Assembly (NCBI GenBank): GCA_965203355.1
Contig: OZ241889.1
Location: forward strand, 2,400,001 to 2,464,000
Direction of reading: 5' to 3'
Length of the DNA: 64,000 nucleotides
Source: Candidatus Latescibacterota bacterium
GTDB taxonomy: Bacteria; Latescibacterota; UBA2968; UBA8231
Part shown: positions 45,702 through 54,455 of the stretch, piece by piece
Layout: each line of letters opens with the position of its first letter
Numbering within the stretch: the first letter of the stretch is position 1
Made by a program: the position numbers and the translations under genes
The notes under the pieces: model-generated
What the model was told of the DNA's origin: nothing
The model's input: the letters and a program-made list of their open reading frames with translations, nothing else
Database searches by the model: none

Positions 45702-46304
45702 TCAATACCAGAGATAGCTGGCGTTGAAGGCGATGAGCAGGCCCGTTACCTCTGCTTCGACCGCTTGATCGTCAATGGTGGCTTCGGCGCTGGGCCGGCC
45801 CCAACCGACCGTGCCTTTGACTAGCCAGTGCTTGCGCATCTCGTAGCCGATGCTGCCGGCCAGCCCAAGGCCGTCGAGGACATTGTCGCCGCCGTCGTCA
45901 TAGCGGGCGGTGCCGAGGACGGCTTCGACGAAAGGCGATGGCGCTCGTTTTTTGAAGAAATAGGTCGCGCTAAAGCCGTCGATTTCAAAGCTGGTTTTAC
46001 CCTTTGCGATTGTCTTGCCGCGCAGCTTGATGTCTTCACTGTCGGTGTCGCTGCCTAAGTCCAAGACCCAGCCTAAGACGAATTGGTCGGTGAGGCCGTA
46101 GCCGAACTGGAGGGTGGTGCCGAATGCCGAGTCGCTGTCCTCCTGCCGAGAAAGCTTGCCGTCAATGAGCCACTCCTGCTCAATGAACTGATAGCCCGGC
46201 CCGAAGCCCAAACCAAGCGAAAAGCCCTCGCGTCTTGAATCAAAGGCGTAGGCGGCCAGCGGCAGCGTTAGCAAAAGGGTGAAAAGAGGCAAGGCGCGTT
46301 GCAT
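45702..46304 (-). CDS. Outer-membrane beta-barrel protein (small, 8-stranded type)
   Basis: Signal peptide, alternating beta-strands (GFSLGLG, FGYG, IGYE), aromatic C-terminus YLWY. AAGGGAG RBS. Confidence 0.75.
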   Translation of the reverse strand: MQRALPLFTLLLTLPLAAYAFDSRREGFSLGLGFGPGYQFIEQEWLIDGKLSRQEDSDSAFGTTLQFGYGLTDQFVLGWVLDLGSDTDSEDIKLRGKTIAKGKTSFEIDGFSATYFFKKRAPSPFVEAVLGTARYDDGGDNVLDGLGLAGSIGYEMRKHWLVKGTVGWGRPSAEATIDDQAVEAEVTGLLIAFNASYLWY

Positions 46305-46457
46305 GGTGAAGCTCCCTTTAGGATTGTGGGATTAGATAGGGAACAAAGCGAGACTTAAACGGGCTGTCAAATGGACCAACGCCCCTAGCGAAGGGTTGGA
46401 ACGCGGGACGTTGGACCCACGGTCCGCAGTACCGCCGCCAGCGGATTTTTTTGTCGG

Positions 46458-47510
46458 CTAGTGCGCTGAAGTCTCAGGATCAAGCTCGGCAAAGACGGCG
46501 ATTAAGCGGGGGAAAAAGGCGGCGAAGGTCGGATAGCGGTCGCGCTGGGATTCGTATGCTTCGAGGCGGCGGGCCACGGCGTGGACATAGCGGAAGCCGC
46601 GCCCGGATTCTGCGCTCAGTGCCCGGCGGCCTGCTTCCGCGCCGAGATGACGGTGGGCAAGGCGCGCGGTGATGGCGCGGATGAGGTGTTCATTGGCGCA
46701 GTCGAACCAGTGCGTGTACCCGATGCTGGCCATCTGTTCGGCCAGCGGGGCGAATAGATCGGCATGGGGCTTCAGTATTGGATAGTACTCCTCGCTGAGG
46801 GGATTGACGAAGGCGTGGCTGAATTCGTGCCATATAATCTGCAAAAGCTGTTCGCGGGGGCCGTATTCGGGTAGGCCCTGCTGCGTGGCACCGGTGGGGC
46901 CGAGTAGCGTATAGACATCGTACGGCCCTTTAGCGGGGCCGATGTGAGGGCCAAATCCGCCGTGGTGCAAGAGCGGGCTGAGGACGAGGTGGTAGCCAAG
47001 TTGGCGGGTGCCGAAATAGGCTTCGACTTGGCCGGTGGGATCGGCATCGGCGAGTGCTTCGCGGAGCCGTGCTGCGAGGAGTCGGTAGAGCTTTTGGCTG
47101 CGAGAGAAGAAGCGGTTGAATTGGGTTTGGCGGGCAAAGCTGCGCAAGGTGTGGATAAAGCGCGCGAAGTTTTCCTCGCCGCGGAAAGCGCGATGGATAT
47201 GGGGGGGAATGGGTTGGGTTGGTGCTAGTTCGGGCGGATCGGACAGATAGAGCATGGCGGTTGGGTAGGCATCGGACCACCCGGTGTCCAAGCTGAGACT
47301 GCGAAAAAAGTCCACGGCCTGCTGGGGAGGATAGCGCGAAAAGTGAGCGACGAGATCGTCCGCGTATGCCACCCGGTAGGGCGTCAGATAGCGATACTGG
47401 CTGAGGAGTTGGACCGCGGCGAGCAGTTCAATGCGCGGGTCTGCACCGATGTGTAGGCGTTGCTCGGCGCGGATGTCGGACGCCATCAGCAGCGCAAGGA
47501 TAGCGCACAC
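46458..47510 (-). CDS. DUF4932-like protein with HExxH motif
   Basis: DPRIELL, FA.QT.F..FF, HEFSH.FVNP, NEHLIRA. Start uncertain (GTG 47510 or ATG 47486). Confidence 0.7.
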   Translation of the reverse strand: MCAILALLMASDIRAEQRLHIGADPRIELLAAVQLLSQYRYLTPYRVAYADDLVAHFSRYPPQQAVDFFRSLSLDTGWSDAYPTAMLYLSDPPELAPTQPIPPHIHRAFRGEENFARFIHTLRSFARQTQFNRFFSRSQKLYRLLAARLREALADADPTGQVEAYFGTRQLGYHLVLSPLLHHGGFGPHIGPAKGPYDVYTLLGPTGATQQGLPEYGPREQLLQIIWHEFSHAFVNPLSEEYYPILKPHADLFAPLAEQMASIGYTHWFDCANEHLIRAITARLAHRHLGAEAGRRALSAESGRGFRYVHAVARRLEAYESQRDRYPTFAAFFPRLIAVFAELDPETSAH

Positions 47511-47572
47511 ACGACAAAAGCCGACTCGCAAGGAGCCGGCTTTTATTGTTGCAGAGCGAATTTTCAACGATG

Positions 47573-47914
47573 TCAGGGAGACCAAGAGCCGCCGGGGGCC
47601 GCTTCGGCTTGGCTGGGGGCCAAGCGGGTGTCGTGTAGCGCTTCTTTGAGCTGTTTGCCCGGCTTGAAGTGAGTTTTGCGGCGGGCGGGCACGTACACGA
47701 CTTCGCCGGTGCGCGGATTGCGGGCGGCGGGCTTGGGCTTGGTGTCTTTGACTTCGAGGACGCCAAAGCCTCTGATTTCAATGCGGTTTCCCTCGATAAG
47801 GGTTTCGCGCATGGCCTCAAAGAGACTGTCGACCATTTGCAACGTCAGGTTGTTTTTGCAGCCGAGCGTGTCGGCTACCGATTTCGCTAGATCTTTCTTG
47901 GTTATGGTAGCCAC
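47573..47914 (-). CDS. HU/IHF family DNA-binding protein
   Basis: TKKDL, RIEIRGFG, ARNPRTGE, FKPGKQLKE. GAGG RBS. Confidence 0.93.
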   Translation of the reverse strand: MATITKKDLAKSVADTLGCKNNLTLQMVDSLFEAMRETLIEGNRIEIRGFGVLEVKDTKPKPAARNPRTGEVVYVPARRKTHFKPGKQLKEALHDTRLAPSQAEAAPGGSWSP

Positions 47915-47971
47915 TAAAACCTCGCTAGCTGAGGAGTTAAATCGGTGCTGATTTTGTGCATAAGTGCTTGT

Positions 47972-47999
47972 ATTATACGAAATTCTGAAACTTAGGCAA
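47972..47999 (-). promoter_or_regulatory. Putative sigma70 promoter for HU/IHF gene
   Basis: Minus strand TTGCCT-16 nt-TATAAT. Confidence 0.6.
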
Positions 48000-48026
48000 G
48001 GGAAAAGTAACAGCGAACTAAGCGCG

Positions 48027-49034
48027 TCACCGGGCTTGGAATTGAGGGTCGGAAAGGGTTTTCAAAAAGGCCACGAGGGCGCGTTTATCGGCTTCCGTCA
48101 GGTCGAGGTTGAGCCGGACGAGCAACAGGGGGTCGGTGAGAGCTGTGCGGTGAAAGCCAGAGTCGTAGTGCTCAATGACCTCCGCTAAGGTCTGAAAGCG
48201 GCCGTCGTGCATGTACGGTGCGGTGTACTCTACGTTGCGCAGGGTTGGCGTCTTGAACTTGCCGCGATCAAAGCGTTTCCCGGTGCGCTCGGCCAGCCCC
48301 TCATCCAGGGGAACTCGGTCCAGCCCGTTGTTGTGGAACTCGTTGTCGGTAAAAAGCGGCGCGACGTGACAGTGGAAGCAGTCGCCCTCCTCGGTGTGAA
48401 AGAGCAAGAAGCCCCGTTCTTCTGCTGGGGTAAGTTCCGCTTGGCCGGCCAACCAGCGGTCGTACTTGCTATCTGCCGAAACGAGCGTGCGCTCGAATTG
48501 GGCGATGGCTTGGGCGACGCGTTGGCGGTCAATGGGCGCGTCGCCAAATGCGCGGGCAAAGAGCGCGGGGTATTCGGGGTGGCGCTCCAGTTTGGCCACC
48601 ACGCGGTCCCAGTCCTCGCCCATTTCCACCGGCGTCTGCACGGGTTCAAGGGCTTGGCTCTCTAGGCTAGCGGTGCGCCCGTCCCAGAAGAAGGACGAAC
48701 TCCAGAGCAAGTTGAAAAGCGGCATGGAGTTACGGCTGGTGAGGCCGCCGACGCCTTGGCTAAAGGGCTGCGGATCGGAGAAAGCGTGGGCCGGCAGGTG
48801 GCACGAGATGCAGGCGATAGTGCTATCAACGGAGAGGATGGGATCGGCAAAAAGCCGCTCGCCCAGGGCGATGCCCTCAACGGTCAGGGGATTGTCTGGC
48901 GGGATTGCTGGCGCGGGAAATCCCGCCGGCACGACCAATTTGTAGAGGCTTGGGGTAGGCGGAGCGGCCGGGGGAACGCCCGCGTCTTGGCCGCAGGCGA
49001 CTAGCCCTAACAGGATCAGTGCCCCAAACTGCAT
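48027..49034 (-). CDS. Di-heme cytochrome c peroxidase family lipoprotein (MbnH-like)
   Basis: LVAC lipobox, CISCH and CFHCH heme sites, FFWDGR, FKTPTLRN, PYMHDG. Confidence 0.9.
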   Translation of the reverse strand: MQFGALILLGLVACGQDAGVPPAAPPTPSLYKLVVPAGFPAPAIPPDNPLTVEGIALGERLFADPILSVDSTIACISCHLPAHAFSDPQPFSQGVGGLTSRNSMPLFNLLWSSSFFWDGRTASLESQALEPVQTPVEMGEDWDRVVAKLERHPEYPALFARAFGDAPIDRQRVAQAIAQFERTLVSADSKYDRWLAGQAELTPAEERGFLLFHTEEGDCFHCHVAPLFTDNEFHNNGLDRVPLDEGLAERTGKRFDRGKFKTPTLRNVEYTAPYMHDGRFQTLAEVIEHYDSGFHRTALTDPLLLVRLNLDLTEADKRALVAFLKTLSDPQFQAR

Positions 49035-49043
49035 GAGTTCGCC

Positions 49044-49781
49044 CTAGTCTTGAGCGACTTGCTCGGAGTGCCCGATTGGACCTAGGGAAAAGACGGTAGC
49101 ACCGTTGCCTTGCAAGATCAACTGCGCATCGGCGTTGCCCATGATTCCGCCGCGGCCGCTAAAGTCGTACCTCGATGGCGCGTCGTACCACTCGTTGAGA
49201 TCCATCACCACGGCGATTGCCCACTCGTCCCCGCTAACGGTTAGGGAAAGCGGCCGGGAGACGTCAAGCGAAAAGTCTGCCCCGCCCGCCGGGCCGGTAT
49301 GCGTGAGAAAAGCCTCTTCGCCGTCATCGGTGCGGAAGAGGCCCTCCATGCGCATGTAGTGGTAGCCGCCGCCCATGGGAGCGGGCCACGCCATGTTGTT
49401 GAAGTGATCGACGCTCGGCAGTGCGCCGGTCTCGTTCTTAGCGCCGTCGATGCCAAAGGTAAAGTGCAGGGCAGCGTATTGGCCGCCGGGCACTTGGGCT
49501 GCAACGCTTTGGGTCGCGCCCACAAAGGCATCGCGGTAGTGGAATTCGGCCAGTTCGACGCGCTTGCCGCCGGTCGTCTCCAAGGCGATATCCGAGACGA
49601 TGTACTCTAGGCGGGTGACGCCGTACTCATTGCCCGCGGCATTGGTGTAGCGGATCGCCTCGGGCTCGAGGTCGGCACCGGCGACCGTGTGGTTGAAGTA
49701 GATGGTCACCTCGCCTTGGTCGTCATCGGAGTTGCCGCAGGATAGCAAAAGGCAACAGGTGGCCAATATGAGGTATTGCAT
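49044..49781 (-). CDS. MbnP family copper-binding lipoprotein
   Basis: LLLSC lipobox, Y.VSDI.L, F.FGID, MAWP..MGGGYHYMRMEG, HTG. Upstream of the di-heme peroxidase. Confidence 0.75.
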   Translation of the reverse strand: MQYLILATCCLLLSCGNSDDDQGEVTIYFNHTVAGADLEPEAIRYTNAAGNEYGVTRLEYIVSDIALETTGGKRVELAEFHYRDAFVGATQSVAAQVPGGQYAALHFTFGIDGAKNETGALPSVDHFNNMAWPAPMGGGYHYMRMEGLFRTDDGEEAFLTHTGPAGGADFSLDVSRPLSLTVSGDEWAIAVVMDLNEWYDAPSRYDFSGRGGIMGNADAQLILQGNGATVFSLGPIGHSEQVAQD

Positions 49782-49936
49782 GGGATGTTCCTTGTGGCAA
49801 AATATACGGGCTTCAATTGGGAGGACAAACGCCGGCCGCTCGGCTAGATTGCCCAGCCTTTTTGCGTTTTGAGTGTGCTCACGCGCCCTCTACTCGGCTT
49901 GTTCGTCTTTTCTTAAGACGGTACATTACCAATGAA

Positions 49937-51415
49937 ATGCGCCAATTTGTCGAGTCTGTCCAAATGACCAAGGGCAAGGCCGCCCCCGGAGAGCGTCCGC
50001 GGACGCGGATCGGCTACAAGCTGATTTTGAGTTTCGTGCTGCTGGTTATGGTCGTTGTAGGGCTGTCGGGTTGGGTGCTCTTCGATCTGACGGACCGCAG
50101 CTTAGAACGGCAGATGAGCGACCATCTCGTATCGGTTGCTACGTTGGTGAGTGCGAATTTGTCCGGTGAGGTGCTGCTCCGCCTGCACCCGGGCCGCGAG
50201 CACCTCAATCTCTACCGGATCCTATTGAGCAAATTGCAGCGCGCCGAACAAGGAGTTGGCGCCCGGCACATCTTCGTTTTCGACCGCGAGTACCGCTCGC
50301 TGCTCGACACGGATGGGCTGATGCCCATTGGCCGCGAATACCCCAAACTGCTCTTTGACAGCCGAGAACTGGAGCGAGTCTGGCAGGGCCATACCGCGCA
50401 TTCGGTGCTTTTTTACGACGACGATATCCCGTACATGACCGGCTACGCCCCGATTTTTCACGACGGCGAGGTCGTCGCGGCTGTCGGAGTCGAAATCGGG
50501 GCTGGGTTTGTGGACTCCATCCGCATCTTTGGGCGGTCTGTGCTGATTTTTGCCGGGTTGGGTGCGTTGCTCACGGTCGGAGTGGCCTGGGTGTTGGCGC
50601 GGACCCTGACGCGGCCCATCCAAAAATTAGTCGAGGCCGCCCGCGAAATCGGCCGGGGCAACATGAACCAAGAGGTGGCCACCGTGTCCGACGACGAAAT
50701 CGGCTATTTGGGCGAGACCATGGAGGAGATGCGGCGCAAGCTAGTCGCCCGCGATGCCCAGCTGCGCCTCATGTTGGGCGGCGTTGCCCACGAAATTCGC
50801 AACCCACTGAGCAGCATTGAGTTGTATGCCGGCCTAATCGCCGGCGACTTGCCCGCTAGCGACGAGCGCAAGCAACACATTGAGAAAGTCACCGAGGAAG
50901 TGCGTCGGCTCAATGGCGTAATTTCCGAGTTCCTCGAATTCGCCTGCCCGGCACCGGCGCAGCCGCAGCCGACCGAGCTGGCCCCGTTAGTGGCCAACGC
51001 GGCCTTTTTGCTGGCTCCGGAAATGGAGGCTGCGGACATTAGCTACGAGGAGCGCGTCGCGCCGGATTTGGTGTGCTATATCGACGCCAAACAGATGGAA
51101 CGGGTGCTGTTCAACCTGATGAAGAACGCCGTGCAAGCCATGTGCGATGGTGGGCACTTGACGGTGCGCGCCGCGGTCGCAGGTGAGGAGGTCGTCGTCG
51201 AGGTGGCCGACGATGGCTCAGGTATGTCGGAGGAGGTGCAGACGCGCCTTTTTGATCCTTTCTTTACGACCAAAGAGCAAGGAGCGGGTTTGGGGATGGC
51301 GTTGGTGGCGCGGGTGGTTGAGGAAAATCGCGGCCGGATCGAAATAGACAGTCGGCAAGGCGAAGGTACGGTGTGCCGTTTGTGCCTGCCGCAGCCCAAA
51401 AATGGGGTACTATGA
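49937..51415 (+). CDS. HAMP-domain sensor histidine kinase
   Basis: Two TM helices with a periplasmic domain, HAMP, AHEIRNPL, NLMKNA, DDGSG, FDPFFTTK, GAGLG. Start 49937 or 49964. Confidence 0.93.
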   Translation: MRQFVESVQMTKGKAAPGERPRTRIGYKLILSFVLLVMVVVGLSGWVLFDLTDRSLERQMSDHLVSVATLVSANLSGEVLLRLHPGREHLNLYRILLSKLQRAEQGVGARHIFVFDREYRSLLDTDGLMPIGREYPKLLFDSRELERVWQGHTAHSVLFYDDDIPYMTGYAPIFHDGEVVAAVGVEIGAGFVDSIRIFGRSVLIFAGLGALLTVGVAWVLARTLTRPIQKLVEAAREIGRGNMNQEVATVSDDEIGYLGETMEEMRRKLVARDAQLRLMLGGVAHEIRNPLSSIELYAGLIAGDLPASDERKQHIEKVTEEVRRLNGVISEFLEFACPAPAQPQPTELAPLVANAAFLLAPEMEAADISYEERVAPDLVCYIDAKQMERVLFNLMKNAVQAMCDGGHLTVRAAVAGEEVVVEVADDGSGMSEEVQTRLFDPFFTTKEQGAGLGMALVARVVEENRGRIEIDSRQGEGTVCRLCLPQPKNGVL

Positions 51416-52875
51416 GCAGGATTCTGATTATCGACGACAACAAAAGTCTCGGCGACGGGCTGGTGCTGAGCTTGAACAAGATGGGGCACCAAGCCGTTGC
51501 CGCTGGGAGTGGGCGCGAAGGTTTGGCGCGGATGAAGGACGAGCCGTTTGATTTGGTCATTACTGATTACCGCATGGAGGAGATGGACGGGTTGGCGGTG
51601 ATGGAGGCGGTCCAGCGCCAAGCACCCGACACCGACGTAATAATGATGACGGCCTACGATACGCGGGAACTGGCCGTAGCGGCGATGGAGCGAGGCGCGA
51701 TCGACTTTATCGTCAAACCCTTCCTGCCCGATGAATTGTGGCTGAAGGTCAATAAGCGGCTCGATTATCGAACCAAGCTACAGGAAGCCCAGACCAAGCT
51801 GCGCGAAGCCCAAACCCTTCGCCAAGAAGCCGAGGCCAAGCTGCGGGATTGGGAGCACTTATTCGAGCAAAACTGCTACCTGCGCGAAGAGATCGACAGC
51901 CGCTACAACTTCGGCGAGATCGTCGGCCAATCGCCGCCGATCAAGGCCGTGCGCGAGCAGGTGCGCAAGGTGGCGTCGTCGTCGTCGTCCGTGCTGATCT
52001 ACGGGGAAAGCGGCACTGGCAAGGAGTTGGTTGCCCGCGCTGTCCACTACCAGAGCCGCCGCAGCAAAGGTCCGTTCGTCAAGGTCAACTGCGGGGCTTT
52101 GCCGACTGGGTTGGTTGAAAGCGAGTTATTTGGACACGAGCGAGGGGCCTTTACCAGCGCGGTGCGGAGCAAGAAGGGCAAGTTTGAACTAGCCGAAGGC
52201 GGGACGATTTTTTTAGACGAGATCGGCGATATACCTTTGGAGACCCAAGTGCGGCTGTTGCGGGTATTGCAGGAAAAGCAGTTTGACCGCGTGGGCGGCG
52301 AGCAGCCGATCGACGTAGATGCGCGGGTGGTGGGTGCTACCAACCGGCCGCTCAAGCGCATGGTCAAAGAGGGCACCTTCCGCGAAGATCTGTTCTATCG
52401 ACTGGAGGTCATTCCCCTCACCTTGCCGCCGCTGCGGGAGCGGCGAGAGGACATTGAACTATTGGTCAAACACTTCACGGAAAAAAAATGTGGGGAAATA
52501 AACATCCCGCCCAAGCGTCTAACCAAAGAAGCCTTAGCGGGCTTGAAAAGCTACCCGTGGCCCGGCAATGTGCGCGAACTGGAAAACGTCATCGAGCGCA
52601 CGATGGTGTTGGTAGATGGCGAGGAAATCGGCTATCACGATCTGCCGCTGATCTTCGACGAGGGGACTACACCGGGAGATGTTGTTGAGAAGTGGGCGGG
52701 GGGGGACGCTGACGACAGGAGTTTGCAACTCAACGAGCGTCTCGACGAAGTGGAGCGCGACCTAATCGCCCGGGCGATGGAGGAAGCCAATCACGTTAAG
52801 ACGAAAGCGGCTTCGCTTTTGGGCATCAAGACGAGTGCTTTGTACTACAAACTCGACAAATACGGTCTAGATTAG
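51412..52875 (+). CDS. Sigma54-dependent response regulator (NtrC/AtoC family)
   Basis: REC domain (IIDD, ITD, KPF), GESGTGKE, ESELFGHERGAFTSA, FLDEIGD, WPGNVREL, Fis-type HTH. Confidence 0.95.
   Translation: MSRILIIDDNKSLGDGLVLSLNKMGHQAVAAGSGREGLARMKDEPFDLVITDYRMEEMDGLAVMEAVQRQAPDTDVIMMTAYDTRELAVAAMERGAIDFIVKPFLPDELWLKVNKRLDYRTKLQEAQTKLREAQTLRQEAEAKLRDWEHLFEQNCYLREEIDSRYNFGEIVGQSPPIKAVREQVRKVASSSSSVLIYGESGTGKELVARAVHYQSRRSKGPFVKVNCGALPTGLVESELFGHERGAFTSAVRSKKGKFELAEGGTIFLDEIGDIPLETQVRLLRVLQEKQFDRVGGEQPIDVDARVVGATNRPLKRMVKEGTFREDLFYRLEVIPLTLPPLRERREDIELLVKHFTEKKCGEINIPPKRLTKEALAGLKSYPWPGNVRELENVIERTMVLVDGEEIGYHDLPLIFDEGTTPGDVVEKWAGGDADDRSLQLNERLDEVERDLIARAMEEANHVKTKAASLLGIKTSALYYKLDKYGLD
51772..51846 (+). 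repeat. Imperfect 21-bp coding tandem repeat (about 3.5 heptads)
   Basis: ACCAAGCTACAGGAAGCCCAG / ACCAAGCTGCGCGAAGCCCAA / ACCCTTCGCCAAGAAGCCGAG / GCCAAGCTGCGG. Confidence 0.75.
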
Positions 52876-52877
52876 CC

Positions 52878-53768
52878 ATGAGAAATCCATCCATTCTTTT
52901 ATTGACTTTAGGGTTGGCCCTGCCCGGAGCCGCGCTGGGGGATTCCGGCCGGCTAGGCGACCTAAAAGCCCAATATCGCGCCTTGGAGATCCAGCGCGAT
53001 TCGCTCGCCAGCCAGCGTTTGCGAGTTGAGGCTGAAGCCGAGGTACTGTCGGCCCACATCGACAGCTTGAAACTGCGGGCCGCGGATTCCGCGGCGTTGC
53101 GAGAAGCCCTGCGCTCCTCGCTTGGATTGGTGCAGTACATGGTTGAGCTCGACTGGAAATGGGTCGCCTTAGAGGCGCAGCAGGATAGCATGGCCGAGCA
53201 GTTGTGTCTTGCCTACGATTGGGAAATCGGCGTACTCATCCAGAAGTTGGCCGTGCAACCAGACCGGGGCCTGTCGGCCCAACTGAGACTCTATCAGGAG
53301 GCGCGGGAGCGACTCGGGGTCGGGGTCCATAACGCGAACCTGCACTACAGCGGACAGATGAAAATTGAGGTGGATGACGGGCCGGACGAAATTCAGCAAA
53401 AGCAAAAGCTATTAGAGGACATCGCCGACCGCCTCAAAGCCGAATGGAGTGCCAACGCCGACTTGATGCGCCGCTTAGAGGCCGAGTACCGGCTGTGCGC
53501 TCAGATGGAACAGGCGCGGGCTAAAACGCGGCAGCCCGAGGAGCCGATTCTGGTGAACGGAGAACAGCCGCATGGGGCGGTGTGGTTGCTCAGGCAAGAC
53601 GAGTCTTTGGCCGAGTTTGATCTCGAATCGTCGCTTGCCGAAGTGGCGCTGAAAATTCACAAGCTAAAGGCGCGCCAGCAGGAAATCCTCGAGCTACAGG
53701 CCGTGGTTGAAGAACGCGCCGAAGCGTTCAAACGCTCCTTACACAGCATGTTAGAGGGCGAGGAATAG
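52878..53768 (+). CDS. Exported coiled-coil hypothetical protein
   Basis: Signal peptide and long heptad-rich helices. Starts 2 nt after the regulator stop. Confidence 0.7.
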   Translation: MRNPSILLLTLGLALPGAALGDSGRLGDLKAQYRALEIQRDSLASQRLRVEAEAEVLSAHIDSLKLRAADSAALREALRSSLGLVQYMVELDWKWVALEAQQDSMAEQLCLAYDWEIGVLIQKLAVQPDRGLSAQLRLYQEARERLGVGVHNANLHYSGQMKIEVDDGPDEIQQKQKLLEDIADRLKAEWSANADLMRRLEAEYRLCAQMEQARAKTRQPEEPILVNGEQPHGAVWLLRQDESLAEFDLESSLAEVALKIHKLKARQQEILELQAVVEERAEAFKRSLHSMLEGEE

Positions 53769-53793
53769 CCCGCACTTTGGCCGGCGAGGAGCT

Positions 53794-54150
53794 TCACTCG
53801 CCGGTGCGCAACCCTCGGCTGACTTCCACTACATTGTCTTGCGTCGCGCCAAAGGCACACCTGAGCCGTTGATAGGCTGCCCACGGGTCTGTCTGGCGGC
53901 CGCAAGTGAAGAGATCGAGGGCGGCGTAACCACGCTCGGGCCAAGTGTGGACGGCCAAGTGGCTCTCTTGGACGATGAGCACCCCGGTGACTCCGCCCGG
54001 ACTGAAGCGATGGAATGCCGCGTCCAAGACGCGGGTGCCGGCCGCTTGGGCTGCGGCTTGCAACTCGGCTGTGATATAGTCAGGGTCGTCGAGTCGCTCG
54101 CGGTTGCAGCCATAGAGATCGACGAGCAGATGGCGGCCTAGGGCCTGCAT
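53794..54150 (-). CDS. speD: S-adenosylmethionine decarboxylase proenzyme
   Basis: GRHLLVDLYGC, FSP.GVTG, ESH cleavage motif, HTWPE, DLFTCG. Start could be 54180. Confidence 0.9.
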   Translation of the reverse strand: MQALGRHLLVDLYGCNRERLDDPDYITAELQAAAQAAGTRVLDAAFHRFSPGGVTGVLIVQESHLAVHTWPERGYAALDLFTCGRQTDPWAAYQRLRCAFGATQDNVVEVSRGLRTGE

Positions 54151-54201
54151 TGGAACGGGCCGGCGTGGTGGTGCGGCCATGGGCAAACGGCAACGAGGCC
54201 C

Positions 54202-54390
54202 TCAGACATATTCGACGATGTCCGTAGGTAGGCACTTGAGGTCTCGGCATATATTGGACAGGGTGTACGGGTCCATGCCCTCTGTGCCTTGGTCGATGGC
54301 CTTTTTGATGTGCTGATAAGTGGTCAGATTGATTTCGGACTTGCGATCTTCGAGCATCTGCTCAATCACTTCCTTCTTAAAACGGATCAT
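54202..54390 (-). CDS. Small XRE/Cro-C1-like (HTH_26-like) protein
   Basis: GGAGG RBS. C-terminal TLSNICRDLKCLPTDIVEY pattern. Confidence 0.65.
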   Translation of the reverse strand: MIRFKKEVIEQMLEDRKSEINLTTYQHIKKAIDQGTEGMDPYTLSNICRDLKCLPTDIVEYV

Positions 54391-54455
54391 GCGACCTCCT
54401 CGCTTGCGGATGGGCTAAAAATAAGTAAGGCCACGCCGGGGCTGCCGTCAAAAAG

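Noticed and set aside
46305-46457. Intergenic region with CCAACG...CGTTGG inverted repeat and a minus-strand TTGACA
   Set aside because: No convincing -10 at proper spacing and no riboswitch consensus recognised.
49782-49936. Search for a sigma54 -24/-12 promoter (TGGCAC-N5-TTGC) near the two-component system
   Set aside because: No adequate match found by eye here or in the other intergenic regions examined.
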